From contig JAVRCF010000137.1 of assembly GCA_034530935.1 (NCBI GenBank), forward strand, positions 1-14,573: a DNA stretch of 14,573 bases. Direction: 5' to 3'. The position numbers and the translations under genes were made by a program. The notes beneath the pieces are model-generated. The model was not told the origin of the DNA, searched no databases, and worked only from the letters and a program-made list of their open reading frames with translations. This document shows positions 1 to 7,625 of the stretch, one piece after another. The stretch's first letter is position 1. The number at the start of each line of letters is the position of its first letter. The stretch is from Aulosira sp. DedQUE10 (GTDB taxonomy: Bacteria > Cyanobacteriota > Cyanobacteriia > Cyanobacteriales > Nostocaceae).

Positions 1-12
1 GGTTTTGAAGAC

Positions 13-38
13 CAATGAAATTGGTGACAATTTCATTG
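13..38. repeat. Perfect inverted repeat / hairpin CAATGAAATT-GGTGAC-AATTTCATTG (10-bp stem, 6-nt loop)
   Basis: Read directly: 13-22 is the reverse complement of 29-38. It lies distal to tandem array A relative to the minus-strand methyltransferase gene. There is no U-tract on either strand, so a terminator role is uncertain. Confidence 0.6.
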
Positions 39-57
39 AGTTTAATAGCCTGTGGGA

Positions 58-204
58 GTTGTACCTTTGAGGCTGAAGGTTGTGGTTTTAAGCTTGGGGG
101 TTGTGGCTTGAAACGTGGGAGTTGTACCTTTGAGGCGGAAAGTTGCGGCTTTGAGCAGAAAAGTTGCGGCTTTGAGCAGGAAAATTGCACCTTTGAGCCT
201 GAAA
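58..204. repeat. Tandem array A: seven contiguous 21-nt units, consensus GTTGYRSCTTTGAGSNKGAAA
   Basis: Units start at 58, 79, 100, 121, 142, 163 and 184, each exactly 21 nt. Units 5 and 6 differ at one base, and an eighth degenerate unit follows (205-225). The 21-nt (7-codon) period keeps frames open on both strands, which explains ORFs 15..278 and 42..227. Confidence 0.9.
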
Positions 205-215
205 TGTCGAGCTTG

Positions 216-243
216 CCCAATGCCCAATTCCCAATTCCCAAAT
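216..243. repeat. STRR-like heptamer tandem repeat (CCCAATG CCCAATT CCCAATT CCCAAAT)
   Basis: Four consecutive heptamers are read directly, and they abut or overlap the stop codon of the minus-strand ORF ending at 243. Short tandemly repeated heptamers are typical of heterocystous cyanobacteria. Confidence 0.7.
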
Positions 244-1694
244 TAAACTTGATAAACCTCATGCCCTCTAATTTCTAGACCATGTGCAGCGAGGCATTTT
301 TCCCAACCTTCACGGGTGCCGATATCGCTTTTTTGCTGGAGTAGCCCTAGTTGCTGTTCTTGCTGGGTGAGTTTAGCAAATTCTTCGTAGCGGGGGTAGT
401 TGGGTGTGACAAAGGTTTCTTTACGATGCAGAATTGGGGGATTTTTCCGGGTTTCGTAGTCGCGGTGGGTGATTTTTAAGGTCAGGAAGTCAATAATGAT
501 ACTGGCTTTTAAAGCGGGATGGGGATCAGTGTCGAATTCTGGGTAAAACAGATAGCAGATTTGCGGTTTATCGGTGCAATATTTGATTAAGGTGGCACCA
601 TCTACACGTCCAATTGTACGGCTGGCGCAGCCTTCATAGATTCGCAGCAAAGCATCGAGTTCTGCAAGGGCCCAAACGTGGACGTAAAGGGCCCCACGGG
701 TATGTTTACCAATTTTGCTTTTTTCGCAGGCTGTTTGCACTACCCTGGGTTGACCTAAGCTAAAAAGTTTTTGGTCGGCGACTCCACAAGCTTCTTCGTA
801 GCTGCCAAAAAAGGCTTTGATGTCGTGACGGATTTCTGGGGCGAGTTTCTGCCATGAGGGGCGTTGCTCAAAGTGAGTCAGGGCGAGATAAACTTGGATA
901 TCCAGAGAGCGACGATATGCGATCGCATCCCATTCGGCTTCGTCGGTAGCTTGTAATACTACGCTAAAGGCGCGGCGGAAGTTACCAAATTCACTCAGTA
1001 GTTCCTGTTCATTACTCAATTCACCTTTAACGGGTAATCTTCCGCGTTGAGTGAAAAAAGCCATCAATGGTGCGAGTAGTTCTTGATAATCTTCAAATCG
1101 CTTGCTGGGTATGCGGACTCTGGGCGTAGAACTTCGAGAAAAGAAGCGGATAGCTTTATAACTTTCTTTTTCGGCTTCATCTCGAAATACAAAGTAAACG
1201 CCTAAAGCCACGGGTACAGCATCTACATTTAGTACCTCATTAATGTAACTTTTAAGTTCTTCTTGCTCGTAATATTTCTGAAAAGTATTGCGGCGAGTAA
1301 CAATACCATCGCTGTAAGCTAATTGTGTTTTACTTGGGGCGTTAATTAGAATTTGTGCAGCGACAATTAAGACTTTGCGGGTAAGTTCCCACGCTTTGAT
1401 TAAGCTTTCGCGACGTTCCTGGGGGTCTTCAATGACGTTAAGGACATAACCCAAGTTGACAACATCAGCGGCGGTGATTTCATCATCAGGATAATAATAA
1501 GGGTCCCAGCCTGCACTGGTGTACCCTAAATTTGCCACGCGCAAGACATCGCCACCGTAGCCGCAACCGTAGTCAAAAAAGGTAGTTTCGGAATTGAGGA
1601 TTGCCCATTCTATAGCCAATCGTACCGGACGAGAGATGTCAGTGCGTGCGATCGCAGCTCGATGACGCTCAATTTCTAAGTAGCTCTCCGACAT
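243..1694 (-). CDS. Putative SAM-dependent methyltransferase of the DNA phosphorothioation-associated type (TIGR04096-like), with a long uncharacterised C-terminal region
   Basis: 483-aa ORF. It has the class-I methyltransferase motif I FDYGCGYGGD (res ~40-49), followed by GWDPYYYP and VVNLGYVLNVIEDP. The N-terminal pattern matches my recollection of the cyanobacterial dnd-associated putative methyltransferase family. It sits 72 nt downstream of dndE on the same strand and contains two HIP1 sites (919-926, 1648-1655). I recognise no motif in the C-terminal ~330 aa. Confidence 0.7.
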   Translation of the reverse strand: MSESYLEIERHRAAIARTDISRPVRLAIEWAILNSETTFFDYGCGYGGDVLRVANLGYTSAGWDPYYYPDDEITAADVVNLGYVLNVIEDPQERRESLIKAWELTRKVLIVAAQILINAPSKTQLAYSDGIVTRRNTFQKYYEQEELKSYINEVLNVDAVPVALGVYFVFRDEAEKESYKAIRFFSRSSTPRVRIPSKRFEDYQELLAPLMAFFTQRGRLPVKGELSNEQELLSEFGNFRRAFSVVLQATDEAEWDAIAYRRSLDIQVYLALTHFEQRPSWQKLAPEIRHDIKAFFGSYEEACGVADQKLFSLGQPRVVQTACEKSKIGKHTRGALYVHVWALAELDALLRIYEGCASRTIGRVDGATLIKYCTDKPQICYLFYPEFDTDPHPALKASIIIDFLTLKITHRDYETRKNPPILHRKETFVTPNYPRYEEFAKLTQQEQQLGLLQQKSDIGTREGWEKCLAAHGLEIRGHEVYQV

Positions 1695-1766
1695 AAGAGC
1701 ATTTACGATTTTGAAAGGATGTAGGATGTGTTAGCAGCAGCATAACGCACCATGATTTATATCCTG

Positions 1767-2153
1767 TCAATCTTTCACCGCTAATTCAATTAAATCTTCA
1801 ATTTTCTTGATATTTGGATCGCCAGCTAAGTAACCAATTCCCCGATGCAAATGTAGGCGAAATTGGGTTGCTAGAGTTTCTTTATCAGTAGCGTAACCGT
1901 CGTTGTGACAACGTTGCTTGAGGGCGAGGAGAAGAATGTCAGACATTTCGCCACCAAATACGCGCCAGGTTAATTCCACGTTGCTATCTTGGGGGATGGG
2001 GACTGGGGAAGGTGGGGTTGCTTCTGCCAGAGAACGGCAAAATGCCCATCGACATAATATATTCCATTGGTCAATTTTGGTGTTGCGGCGAAGTTTAAGC
2101 AGTTGGTCTTTGGCGGTTTGGGAAAGTTTGATTCTTTCAATTGGGGATTCCAT
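1767..2153 (-). CDS. dndE: DNA sulfur modification protein DndE
   Basis: 128 aa, the typical DndE size. The N-terminal pattern IKLSQTAKDQLLKLRRNTKIDQWNILCRWAFCRSLAE matches the DndE signature as I recall it (l.ls..a...L..Lk..Tgi..wNilcRwA...SL). It lies next to a dnd-associated methyltransferase, and dndD is on the same strand in the window. Confidence 0.8.
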   Translation of the reverse strand: MESPIERIKLSQTAKDQLLKLRRNTKIDQWNILCRWAFCRSLAEATPPSPVPIPQDSNVELTWRVFGGEMSDILLLALKQRCHNDGYATDKETLATQFRLHLHRGIGYLAGDPNIKKIEDLIELAVKD

Positions 2154-2186
2154 GATTAAAGGTTAAAGGAATACTTTATATCCGAC

Positions 2187-2472
2187 ATTCCGCACTTCGT
2201 TTTGTAATATGCCAATATTACAAATATTAGACTAATGCTGGTTGAATAGCGATGTCTATCTTGAAAAGTTCAGAATCTCCTTCTCCTATCGGAGACGCTG
2301 CGCGAACGGAGACGCTACGCGAACGGCGGAAACCGCCGCTCCGACTTTTCGCTACGACGGGCTACGCCTACGCCAAAAGCCGAGAAAATATCAGTGTTAA
2401 TACTTAATAATACCAACAATTTTTTGGAAATTTTCTTGAAGTATCAATGTATGACATTTTGAAGTGCGGAAT
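2187..2472. repeat. MITE-like / small dispersed repeat-like element bounded by a perfect 12-nt inverted repeat (ATTCCGCACTTC ... GAAGTGCGGAAT)
   Basis: 2187-2198 is the exact reverse complement of 2461-2472. The interior has a GC-rich core with a tandem 17-mer (GGAGACGCTGCGCGAAC 2291-2307 / GGAGACGCTACGCGAAC 2308-2324) and a GGCGG-AAA-CCGCC hairpin (2325-2337). These motifs resemble repeats common in Nostoc intergenic DNA. I identified no target-site duplication. Confidence 0.4.
2203..2222. promoter_or_regulatory. Palindrome TGTAATAT-GCCA-ATATTACA about 50-70 nt upstream of the dndE start; candidate operator/promoter element
   Basis: 2203-2210 is the reverse complement of 2215-2222. It is followed by a second AATATTA copy (2223-2229). 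A TATAAA -10-like box on the minus strand lies ~21 nt upstream of the dndE ATG. Function is inferred from position only. Confidence 0.3.
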
Positions 2473-2792
2473 CTGGGTTAGATGATAGCTTGCCGAATTT
2501 AATTTAATGGAGAAAACAACAATATTTTCATGAAGTTTCATTGTATTTTTTTTTCAGACTTTCCAACATCAAGACTTTAAGAAGGTTAGTAGTAACTTCA
2601 ATTTGTTTTGATAAACAACGTTTTATTTAAGCATGAAATTACGTAAAAATTAGCAAAATACCGAGAGAAAATAGTCTATCAACATTTGACGCTGCATCCA
2701 GTGGCATTACTCAGGCTATAAAGCAAAACCGGCGAATAATATGATAATTAAACCCAAATTAGGTTGGGATATGTCCAGCCTACTTGTATTTC

Positions 2793-2830
2793 AGACATCA
2801 GATATTTAGCTAGGTTTGATGTCAGTTTTA
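2793..2830 (+). other. Hairpin GACATCA-N16-TGATGTC followed by AGTTTTAATT, in the leader of the 2862 ORF (terminator/attenuator-like)
   Basis: The 7-bp stem (2793-2799 / 2816-2822) is read directly. A T-rich tract follows, and the structure ends ~32 nt before the ATG at 2862. Confidence 0.3.
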
Positions 2831-2861
2831 ATTGAGCATTCCTGTTCATAGAAGGTAAATT

Positions 2862-3740
2862 ATGTCACGTTTTTCTGAAAAGTTTTTCAGCCAACTCCTA
2901 GACTTTTCTGATCTGGAGAAAACAATAGCATCAACAATGCGTTTAGCAGCACAAAGTCCTATTTCGTTCTATCTTTTCTTCCAGCGTTACACATATTTCA
3001 ACGGCTATGCATCTGCTGTGATTTCCAGGCTAGCGAGTTCTATTGCCATGTCTCGCTATTTGTTTACTGACTCTGAAATCTTGGTAACTGAGGAGGCAGA
3101 TAGAGGATTCCAAATTTCTGCTGAGATTATGGTTGCGGCATCTGATGAAGGAGCATACGGAATTACACATCGTGAACTAGCTCAATTGCTGCTCACAAAA
3201 GCAGGAGACTATGCAGGACTCTCTAGCGATGATCGCAACCAATTTTTTCAGGTTCCTGCTTGGTTAGATGAGATTGTCAAGGATGTGATGACTGCTTACC
3301 AGGGAACACCTGGTGATGTTGTTTCCCTAATTCGAGCAATCGGATTTCATGCGGCTTCGGAAATGCTGGGCGATCGCGAGTATGCCCTAATTGACATGAT
3401 TGTCCGTTATGAAAACCAAGGAGTTGGATTTGACCGCTATTTCAAAGAACAGACTACTCCTGTCCAAATCCGAGGTCATCGTTATGATCCCTGGTGCTAT
3501 ATTTTAATCCACGGCAAGCATGAAGGTTCCGGCGCAGAAGCTAGGCACTTTTTGCATGTTGTAGAAGCTCTGAATATGGTAGTTCGCTATCGCCCTGAAT
3601 CAGAGCAACAAATTGTGGAGTGGGTGCTTGAGGGTTATCAAGCATTTGTAGAGTTACAACAGCGCTTGTTCAAAGAACTTTATCGTGAATGTTTGGAACT
3701 GCTTGAGAATTCAAATACAGCGAATTTGATATCTGTTTAA
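2862..3740 (+). CDS. Hypothetical protein; possible heme-oxygenase-like-fold iron-containing redox enzyme (PF14518 / HDO-like)
   Basis: 292-aa ORF, predicted all-helical and soluble. The segment AEIMVAASDEGAYGITHRELAQLLLTKAG resembles the dE.G....H..L..ll..lG core of the iron-containing redox enzyme / heme-oxygenase-like family. Further candidate carboxylate/His ligands are E167 (HAASEMLGD) and H217/H220/E221/H229/H232/E235. It contains a HIP1 site at 3370-3377. Coding status is likely (~0.9), and the product call is tentative (~0.4). Confidence 0.55.
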   Translation: MSRFSEKFFSQLLDFSDLEKTIASTMRLAAQSPISFYLFFQRYTYFNGYASAVISRLASSIAMSRYLFTDSEILVTEEADRGFQISAEIMVAASDEGAYGITHRELAQLLLTKAGDYAGLSSDDRNQFFQVPAWLDEIVKDVMTAYQGTPGDVVSLIRAIGFHAASEMLGDREYALIDMIVRYENQGVGFDRYFKEQTTPVQIRGHRYDPWCYILIHGKHEGSGAEARHFLHVVEALNMVVRYRPESEQQIVEWVLEGYQAFVELQQRLFKELYRECLELLENSNTANLISV

Positions 3741-3924
3741 CTGGCGAACTCTCGGATCTCTCTAAGGTGCATAGACCAATTCGCTCTTTTCCTGATGTTG
3801 ATTTAGATGGGAGCATCTCACTTTTGTAAAAATATCATTAGTTTGGCCAATGGAATTCGTGGCTATACATACAAAACCCGCGTGGTACGAGGGTTTCAAA
3901 TTCCTCAAGTCCGCGCAGGCGGCT

Positions 3925-3957
3925 TACACAAACGTAGGCTTCACCTACGTTTGTGTA
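3925..3957 (+). terminator. Perfect 14-bp stem hairpin TACACAAACGTAGG-CTTCA-CCTACGTTTGTGTA, part of a cluster of small-dispersed-repeat-like hairpins (3873-3957)
   Basis: Read directly. It is preceded by AAACCC...GGGTTT (3874-3896) and CCGC-GCAG-GCGG (3911-3922) hairpins. It lies 185 nt downstream of the 2862..3740 ORF and before the 4033 ORF. Only a weak T-run follows (GGCGTGATTTCT), so it may equally be a repetitive extragenic element. Confidence 0.4.
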
Positions 3958-4032
3958 GGCGTGATTTCTAATAGTCGGGTATATTTGCTGCATCTACTGC
4001 TCATCCATAAACTGGGAAATTAATCAAAAATA

Positions 4033-4689
4033 ATGTTTACTTGGCAAGCGGTAATTGGTGTAGTTGCAGGTTTTCTCTCCCTATTAGGTTTTCTACCGTA
4101 TCTAGTTAGTATCTATCAAGGAAAAACTCGACCCAATAGAGTAACTTGGTGGATTTGGGCGATTGTCGGTCTCATCCTTTGCTCCAGCTATTACTCCTCT
4201 GGAGCTGTTAACACGATATGGGTTCCAGTCTGTTCAGCAGTTGGTCATCTGATTATTGCCATTCTTGCCATTAAATATGGTGAGGGTGGTTGGAACCGCT
4301 TTGACCGAGGGTGTCTATTAAGTGCTGGTATTAGTCTTTTACTTTGGTGGCAGTTTAGCTCTCCCATCATTGCCCTTGTGATCAATATCGGGATTGATTT
4401 TCTAGGTGCATTACCCACAATCAGAAAGTCCTACTATCAACCACAGACAGAAGATCCTTTCACATGGACAATATTTCTGTCGGCACATACACTTAATCTT
4501 TTTGCCCTCAAAAATTGGTCTTTTGCACTCTCAGCTTATCCGCTCTACTTATTTTGCTCCACTGCTACCATCGTTATATTTCTTCTGCGTTCTAAAATGC
4601 AAAGTCAACCAACCGCTTACAAACAGCGCAGAAGCAGAATAATGAACAAAAGCAGGACTTTTTTTGCTCTGATCACGCACTCTAAGTAG
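4033..4689 (+). CDS. 7-TM integral membrane protein with internal duplication; PQ-loop / SWEET-like (3+1+3) architecture
   Basis: 218 aa. I count seven hydrophobic segments (about res 5-27, 37-54, 60-80, 92-108, 111-130, 143-159, 163-185). Helix 1 and helix 5 end in a related motif 106 residues apart: [22 protein letters not shown] (18-39) versus [22 protein letters not shown] (124-145). This resembles the LPQ..k.y..kst.g.s PQ-loop signature. The basic C-terminal tail is probably cytoplasmic. Confidence 0.6.
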   Translation: MFTWQAVIGVVAGFLSLLGFLPYLVSIYQGKTRPNRVTWWIWAIVGLILCSSYYSSGAVNTIWVPVCSAVGHLIIAILAIKYGEGGWNRFDRGCLLSAGISLLLWWQFSSPIIALVINIGIDFLGALPTIRKSYYQPQTEDPFTWTIFLSAHTLNLFALKNWSFALSAYPLYLFCSTATIVIFLLRSKMQSQPTAYKQRRSRIMNKSRTFFALITHSK

Positions 4690-4727
4690 TTAATGAACAT
4701 TCTAGCGATGTAAACTTCACATCCAAT

Positions 4728-7559
4728 TTGGGAATCTTAGAGTTAGAAAGCCATGAAGATTTGAATAAAGCAACAAACTCGAGTATGTCATTAAAACTCA
4801 TCCCTAGCCAGATTTATAAAGATGGCAAAGCTAAAAAAATCTCACTGCGTTTAATTCTTGTTGTCCCTTTTGTGATGCAAATTGTTACAACTGTGGGTCT
4901 GACGGGATATCTATCGCTACGTAATGGACAAAAAGCTGTTAATGAATTAGCAAATCGATTGCTAACTGAAGTAAGTGAACGCATAGATCAACACCTAGAT
5001 AGCTATATGCAAGTTCCTCAGAAGGTTGTTCTGCTGACCTCTGATGTGATTGATATGGGCTTGTTGGATTTACAAAACAAACAACAACTGGGACAGTTTT
5101 TCTGGAGGCGAATAAAATCATTTGATATCGGCTATATTCTCTTTGGGTTTCAAACAGGTGATTATATTGCCTCTGGATATCTCTTTGGTGACAATCGCAT
5201 TACTATTGATGAATTATCTCCAAAAGATTACAAGGGCAGTACTCATTTATATAGTTGGGCAACCGATAGCCAGGGCAAACGCACCAAGATTATTCAAGAT
5301 AATGGAGAATTTATTGCCAAGAATGAGGGCTGGTATGCAGAGGCCGTAAAACAAGGCAAATCGGTTTGGAGTCCGGTTTATAACTGGTTAGTACCGCCAT
5401 TTAACTTATCTATTGCAGCTAGTCGTCCTATCTATGACTCCAATCATAATCTGCTTGGTGTAATTGCTGCAGAACAACGTCTTTCACAAATTAGTGATTT
5501 CTTGAGCCAATTGAAAGTCAGCCAAACGGGAAAAACCTTTATTATTGAACACAATGGTTTTTTGATTGCCAGTTCTAGTAATGAACAACCCTTCACAATC
5601 AAAAATCAAAAACCCCAACGCCTTTCTGTATTTGAGAGCAAAGACCCACTTATCCAAGCAACTGCAAAACATTTGACTGAACGCTTTGGCAACTTCAGTA
5701 AAATTCGCAATTCTCAGCAAATTGATTTTCTACTCAAGAGTAAGCATCAGTTTGTCCAGGTCACTCCTTGGCGCGATGAGTGGGGACTCAATTGGCTGAT
5801 GGTTGTCGTAGTGCCTGAAGAAGACTTTATGGCTCAGATTCATGCCAATACTCGTACAACAATTATGTTGTGTTTATTAGCTTTAGGACTAGCAACTGTG
5901 TTGGGTTTTTATACATCTCGCTGGATTACCCAACCCATTCTGGAATTGAGTCAGGCTTCTGAGGCGATCGCTGATGGTAAACTTGAGCAGCAAGTAGAAG
6001 AGTCCCATGTTAATGAACTCAGTGTTCTCTCTCAATCGTTCAACCGTATGGCACAGCAGTTGCGCGAGTCTTTCACTATCTTGGCAAAGAGCAATGAAGA
6101 ATTAGAAATCAGGGTTGAGGAACGCACGACCGAACTTAAGGAAGCTAAAGAAGCTGCTGATAGTGCCAACACAGCCAAAAGTGAATTCCTTGCCAACATG
6201 AGCCATGAACTACGTACACCTCTCAATGGGATTTTAGGCTATGCCCAAATCCTTCAAACCTCGAAAAATCTCACAGAGAAACAGCATAGAGGCATCAATA
6301 TTATTAATCAATGTGGCTCACACCTCCTGACCCTAATTAATGATATTCTTGACCTCTCCAAAATCGAAGCCCGGAAAATGGAATTGCATCCTACAAGTTT
6401 TCATTTTCCTTCTTTTCTGCAAGCAGTTTCTGAAATTTGTCGCATTAAAGCCGAACAAAAGGGTATTACTTTTGTTTATCAACCTGATGAACGACTGCCA
6501 ATTGGCATCCAAGCTGATGAAAAACGTTTGCGTCAAGTTTTGATCAATTTATTGGGCAATGCGATTAAGTTTACTGAAAAAGGTACTGTCACATTTGAAG
6601 TAAAAATTCAGCAGATTAAAAATCGCGATCAAGACAAACCATTAACCTACCAAATTCGCTTCCAAGTGGAAGACACTGGTGTAGGTATGGCTAGTGAGCA
6701 AATAGAGAAAATCTTTTTACCCTTTGAGCAGGTAGGTAACATTAAAAAACAATCAGAGGGAACAGGATTAGGTTTAGCTATTAGTCATAAAATTGTTGCC
6801 ATAATGGGCAGCACTATAGAAGTGCAAAGCCAACTGGAACAGGGTAGCATTTTTTGGTTTGATATAGAAATCCCTGAAGCACAAGAATGGGCAAATAAAT
6901 CTAAAGTTTCTCAACAGGAAACGATTGTTAGTTTTAAAGGCGAAAAACGAAAAATTCTAGTAGTAGATGACCGTTGGGAAAATCGGTCTGTATTAGTTAA
7001 TCTGTTGGAACCCATTGGTTTTGAAATTGTAGAAGCAGAAAATGGACAAGAAGCATTAGTAAAAACTGCTGAGTTTCTGCCTAACTTGATGATCACCGAT
7101 GTTAATATGCCAGTGATGAATGGATTGGAGATGATACAAAATTTGCGAAATTCTCCCGATTGGAAAGATTTAAAGATAATTGTCTCATCAGCAAGTGTGT
7201 TTGACTCTGATAAGCAGAAGAGTTTAGATGCAGGCGGCGATGACTTTCTTCCCAAGCCTGTGCAAGCATCTGACCTATTTGAAAAATTACAGACTTATCT
7301 AGAACTAGAATGGATTTATGAGGACAAATCAACATCCTTACCAATTATAAAAGAAATAGTTATTCCTCCAATGGAGGAACTAAATCAGTTATATGAACTG
7401 GCATTACAATGTCGGATTAAAGCGCTACAAAATAAATTAAATCAACTAGAAAAAATGGATATTAGGTTTAGACCTTTTATTGAAGAAATACAACATTTAG
7501 CGCAAAAATTCCAAATAGAAAAACTTCAAACTACTCTAAATAAGTATATTCAATTATAA
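4728..7559 (+). CDS. Hybrid sensor histidine kinase: TM - Cache-like extracytoplasmic domain - TM - HAMP - coiled coil - HisKA - HATPase_c - receiver - helical C-terminal extension
   Basis: 943 aa from the TTG at 4728; the first in-frame ATG is at 4785 (MSLKLIPS...), an equally plausible start. The N-terminal TM motif [36 protein letters not shown] is characteristic of cyanobacterial Cache-type kinases. A second TM lies at about res 376-397. The H-box is SHELRTPLN (His codon 6204-6206). N/G boxes are [12 protein letters not shown] and DTGVGM...GTGLGLAI. The receiver has VVDD...MITDVNMP (Asp codon 7098-7100) and a K in FLPKP. There is a HIP1 site at 5964-5971. Confidence 0.9.
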   Translation: MGILELESHEDLNKATNSSMSLKLIPSQIYKDGKAKKISLRLILVVPFVMQIVTTVGLTGYLSLRNGQKAVNELANRLLTEVSERIDQHLDSYMQVPQKVVLLTSDVIDMGLLDLQNKQQLGQFFWRRIKSFDIGYILFGFQTGDYIASGYLFGDNRITIDELSPKDYKGSTHLYSWATDSQGKRTKIIQDNGEFIAKNEGWYAEAVKQGKSVWSPVYNWLVPPFNLSIAASRPIYDSNHNLLGVIAAEQRLSQISDFLSQLKVSQTGKTFIIEHNGFLIASSSNEQPFTIKNQKPQRLSVFESKDPLIQATAKHLTERFGNFSKIRNSQQIDFLLKSKHQFVQVTPWRDEWGLNWLMVVVVPEEDFMAQIHANTRTTIMLCLLALGLATVLGFYTSRWITQPILELSQASEAIADGKLEQQVEESHVNELSVLSQSFNRMAQQLRESFTILAKSNEELEIRVEERTTELKEAKEAADSANTAKSEFLANMSHELRTPLNGILGYAQILQTSKNLTEKQHRGINIINQCGSHLLTLINDILDLSKIEARKMELHPTSFHFPSFLQAVSEICRIKAEQKGITFVYQPDERLPIGIQADEKRLRQVLINLLGNAIKFTEKGTVTFEVKIQQIKNRDQDKPLTYQIRFQVEDTGVGMASEQIEKIFLPFEQVGNIKKQSEGTGLGLAISHKIVAIMGSTIEVQSQLEQGSIFWFDIEIPEAQEWANKSKVSQQETIVSFKGEKRKILVVDDRWENRSVLVNLLEPIGFEIVEAENGQEALVKTAEFLPNLMITDVNMPVMNGLEMIQNLRNSPDWKDLKIIVSSASVFDSDKQKSLDAGGDDFLPKPVQASDLFEKLQTYLELEWIYEDKSTSLPIIKEIVIPPMEELNQLYELALQCRIKALQNKLNQLEKMDIRFRPFIEEIQHLAQKFQIEKLQTTLNKYIQL

Positions 7560-7625
7560 ATAAATGAGGTTCTAGTTTGTGAAAATGTAATTCTTTACGA
7601 TAATTTTTTATAAAAATGTAAAAAA

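Noticed and set aside
58-204. CRISPR-array interpretation of the 21-nt arrays (also 13020..13187)
   Set aside because: The units are contiguous with no unique spacers, and 21 nt is shorter than typical CRISPR repeats. The units diverge from each other, and no cas genes or leader are present.
15-278. ORFs 15..278 (+) and 42..227 (-) encoding heptad-like peptides (SCTFEAE / SCGFEQK ...)
   Set aside because: Both lie entirely in the 21-nt tandem array. A 21-nt (7-codon) period keeps several frames open on both strands. The two ORFs overlap each other completely and have low-complexity products, so I treat them as artefacts of the repeat.
1918-2166. ORF 1918..2166 (+) antisense to dndE; likewise 11728..11919, 12217..12567 and 12248..12535 antisense to the NB-ARC gene, and 14273..14461 inside the CBM-like gene
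   Set aside because: They are embedded in better-supported genes on the opposite strand or in another frame, and their products look non-protein-like.
3870-3960. Riboswitch (for example a guanidine-type ACGR hairpin) upstream of the 7-TM transporter gene
   Set aside because: The GGTACGAGGG segment does not form an ACGR tetraloop closed by a C-G pair. The hairpins instead resemble dispersed repeat elements, and I recognise no conserved riboswitch core.
4406-7344. Short ORFs overlapping the 7-TM gene and the hybrid kinase (4406..4642, 4939..5121, 5122..5349, 5484..5720, 6032..6226, 6333..6536, 6340..6543, 6911..7255, 7102..7344)
   Set aside because: All are nested in, or antisense to, long ORFs with clear domain signatures. 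None has motifs or independent start context.
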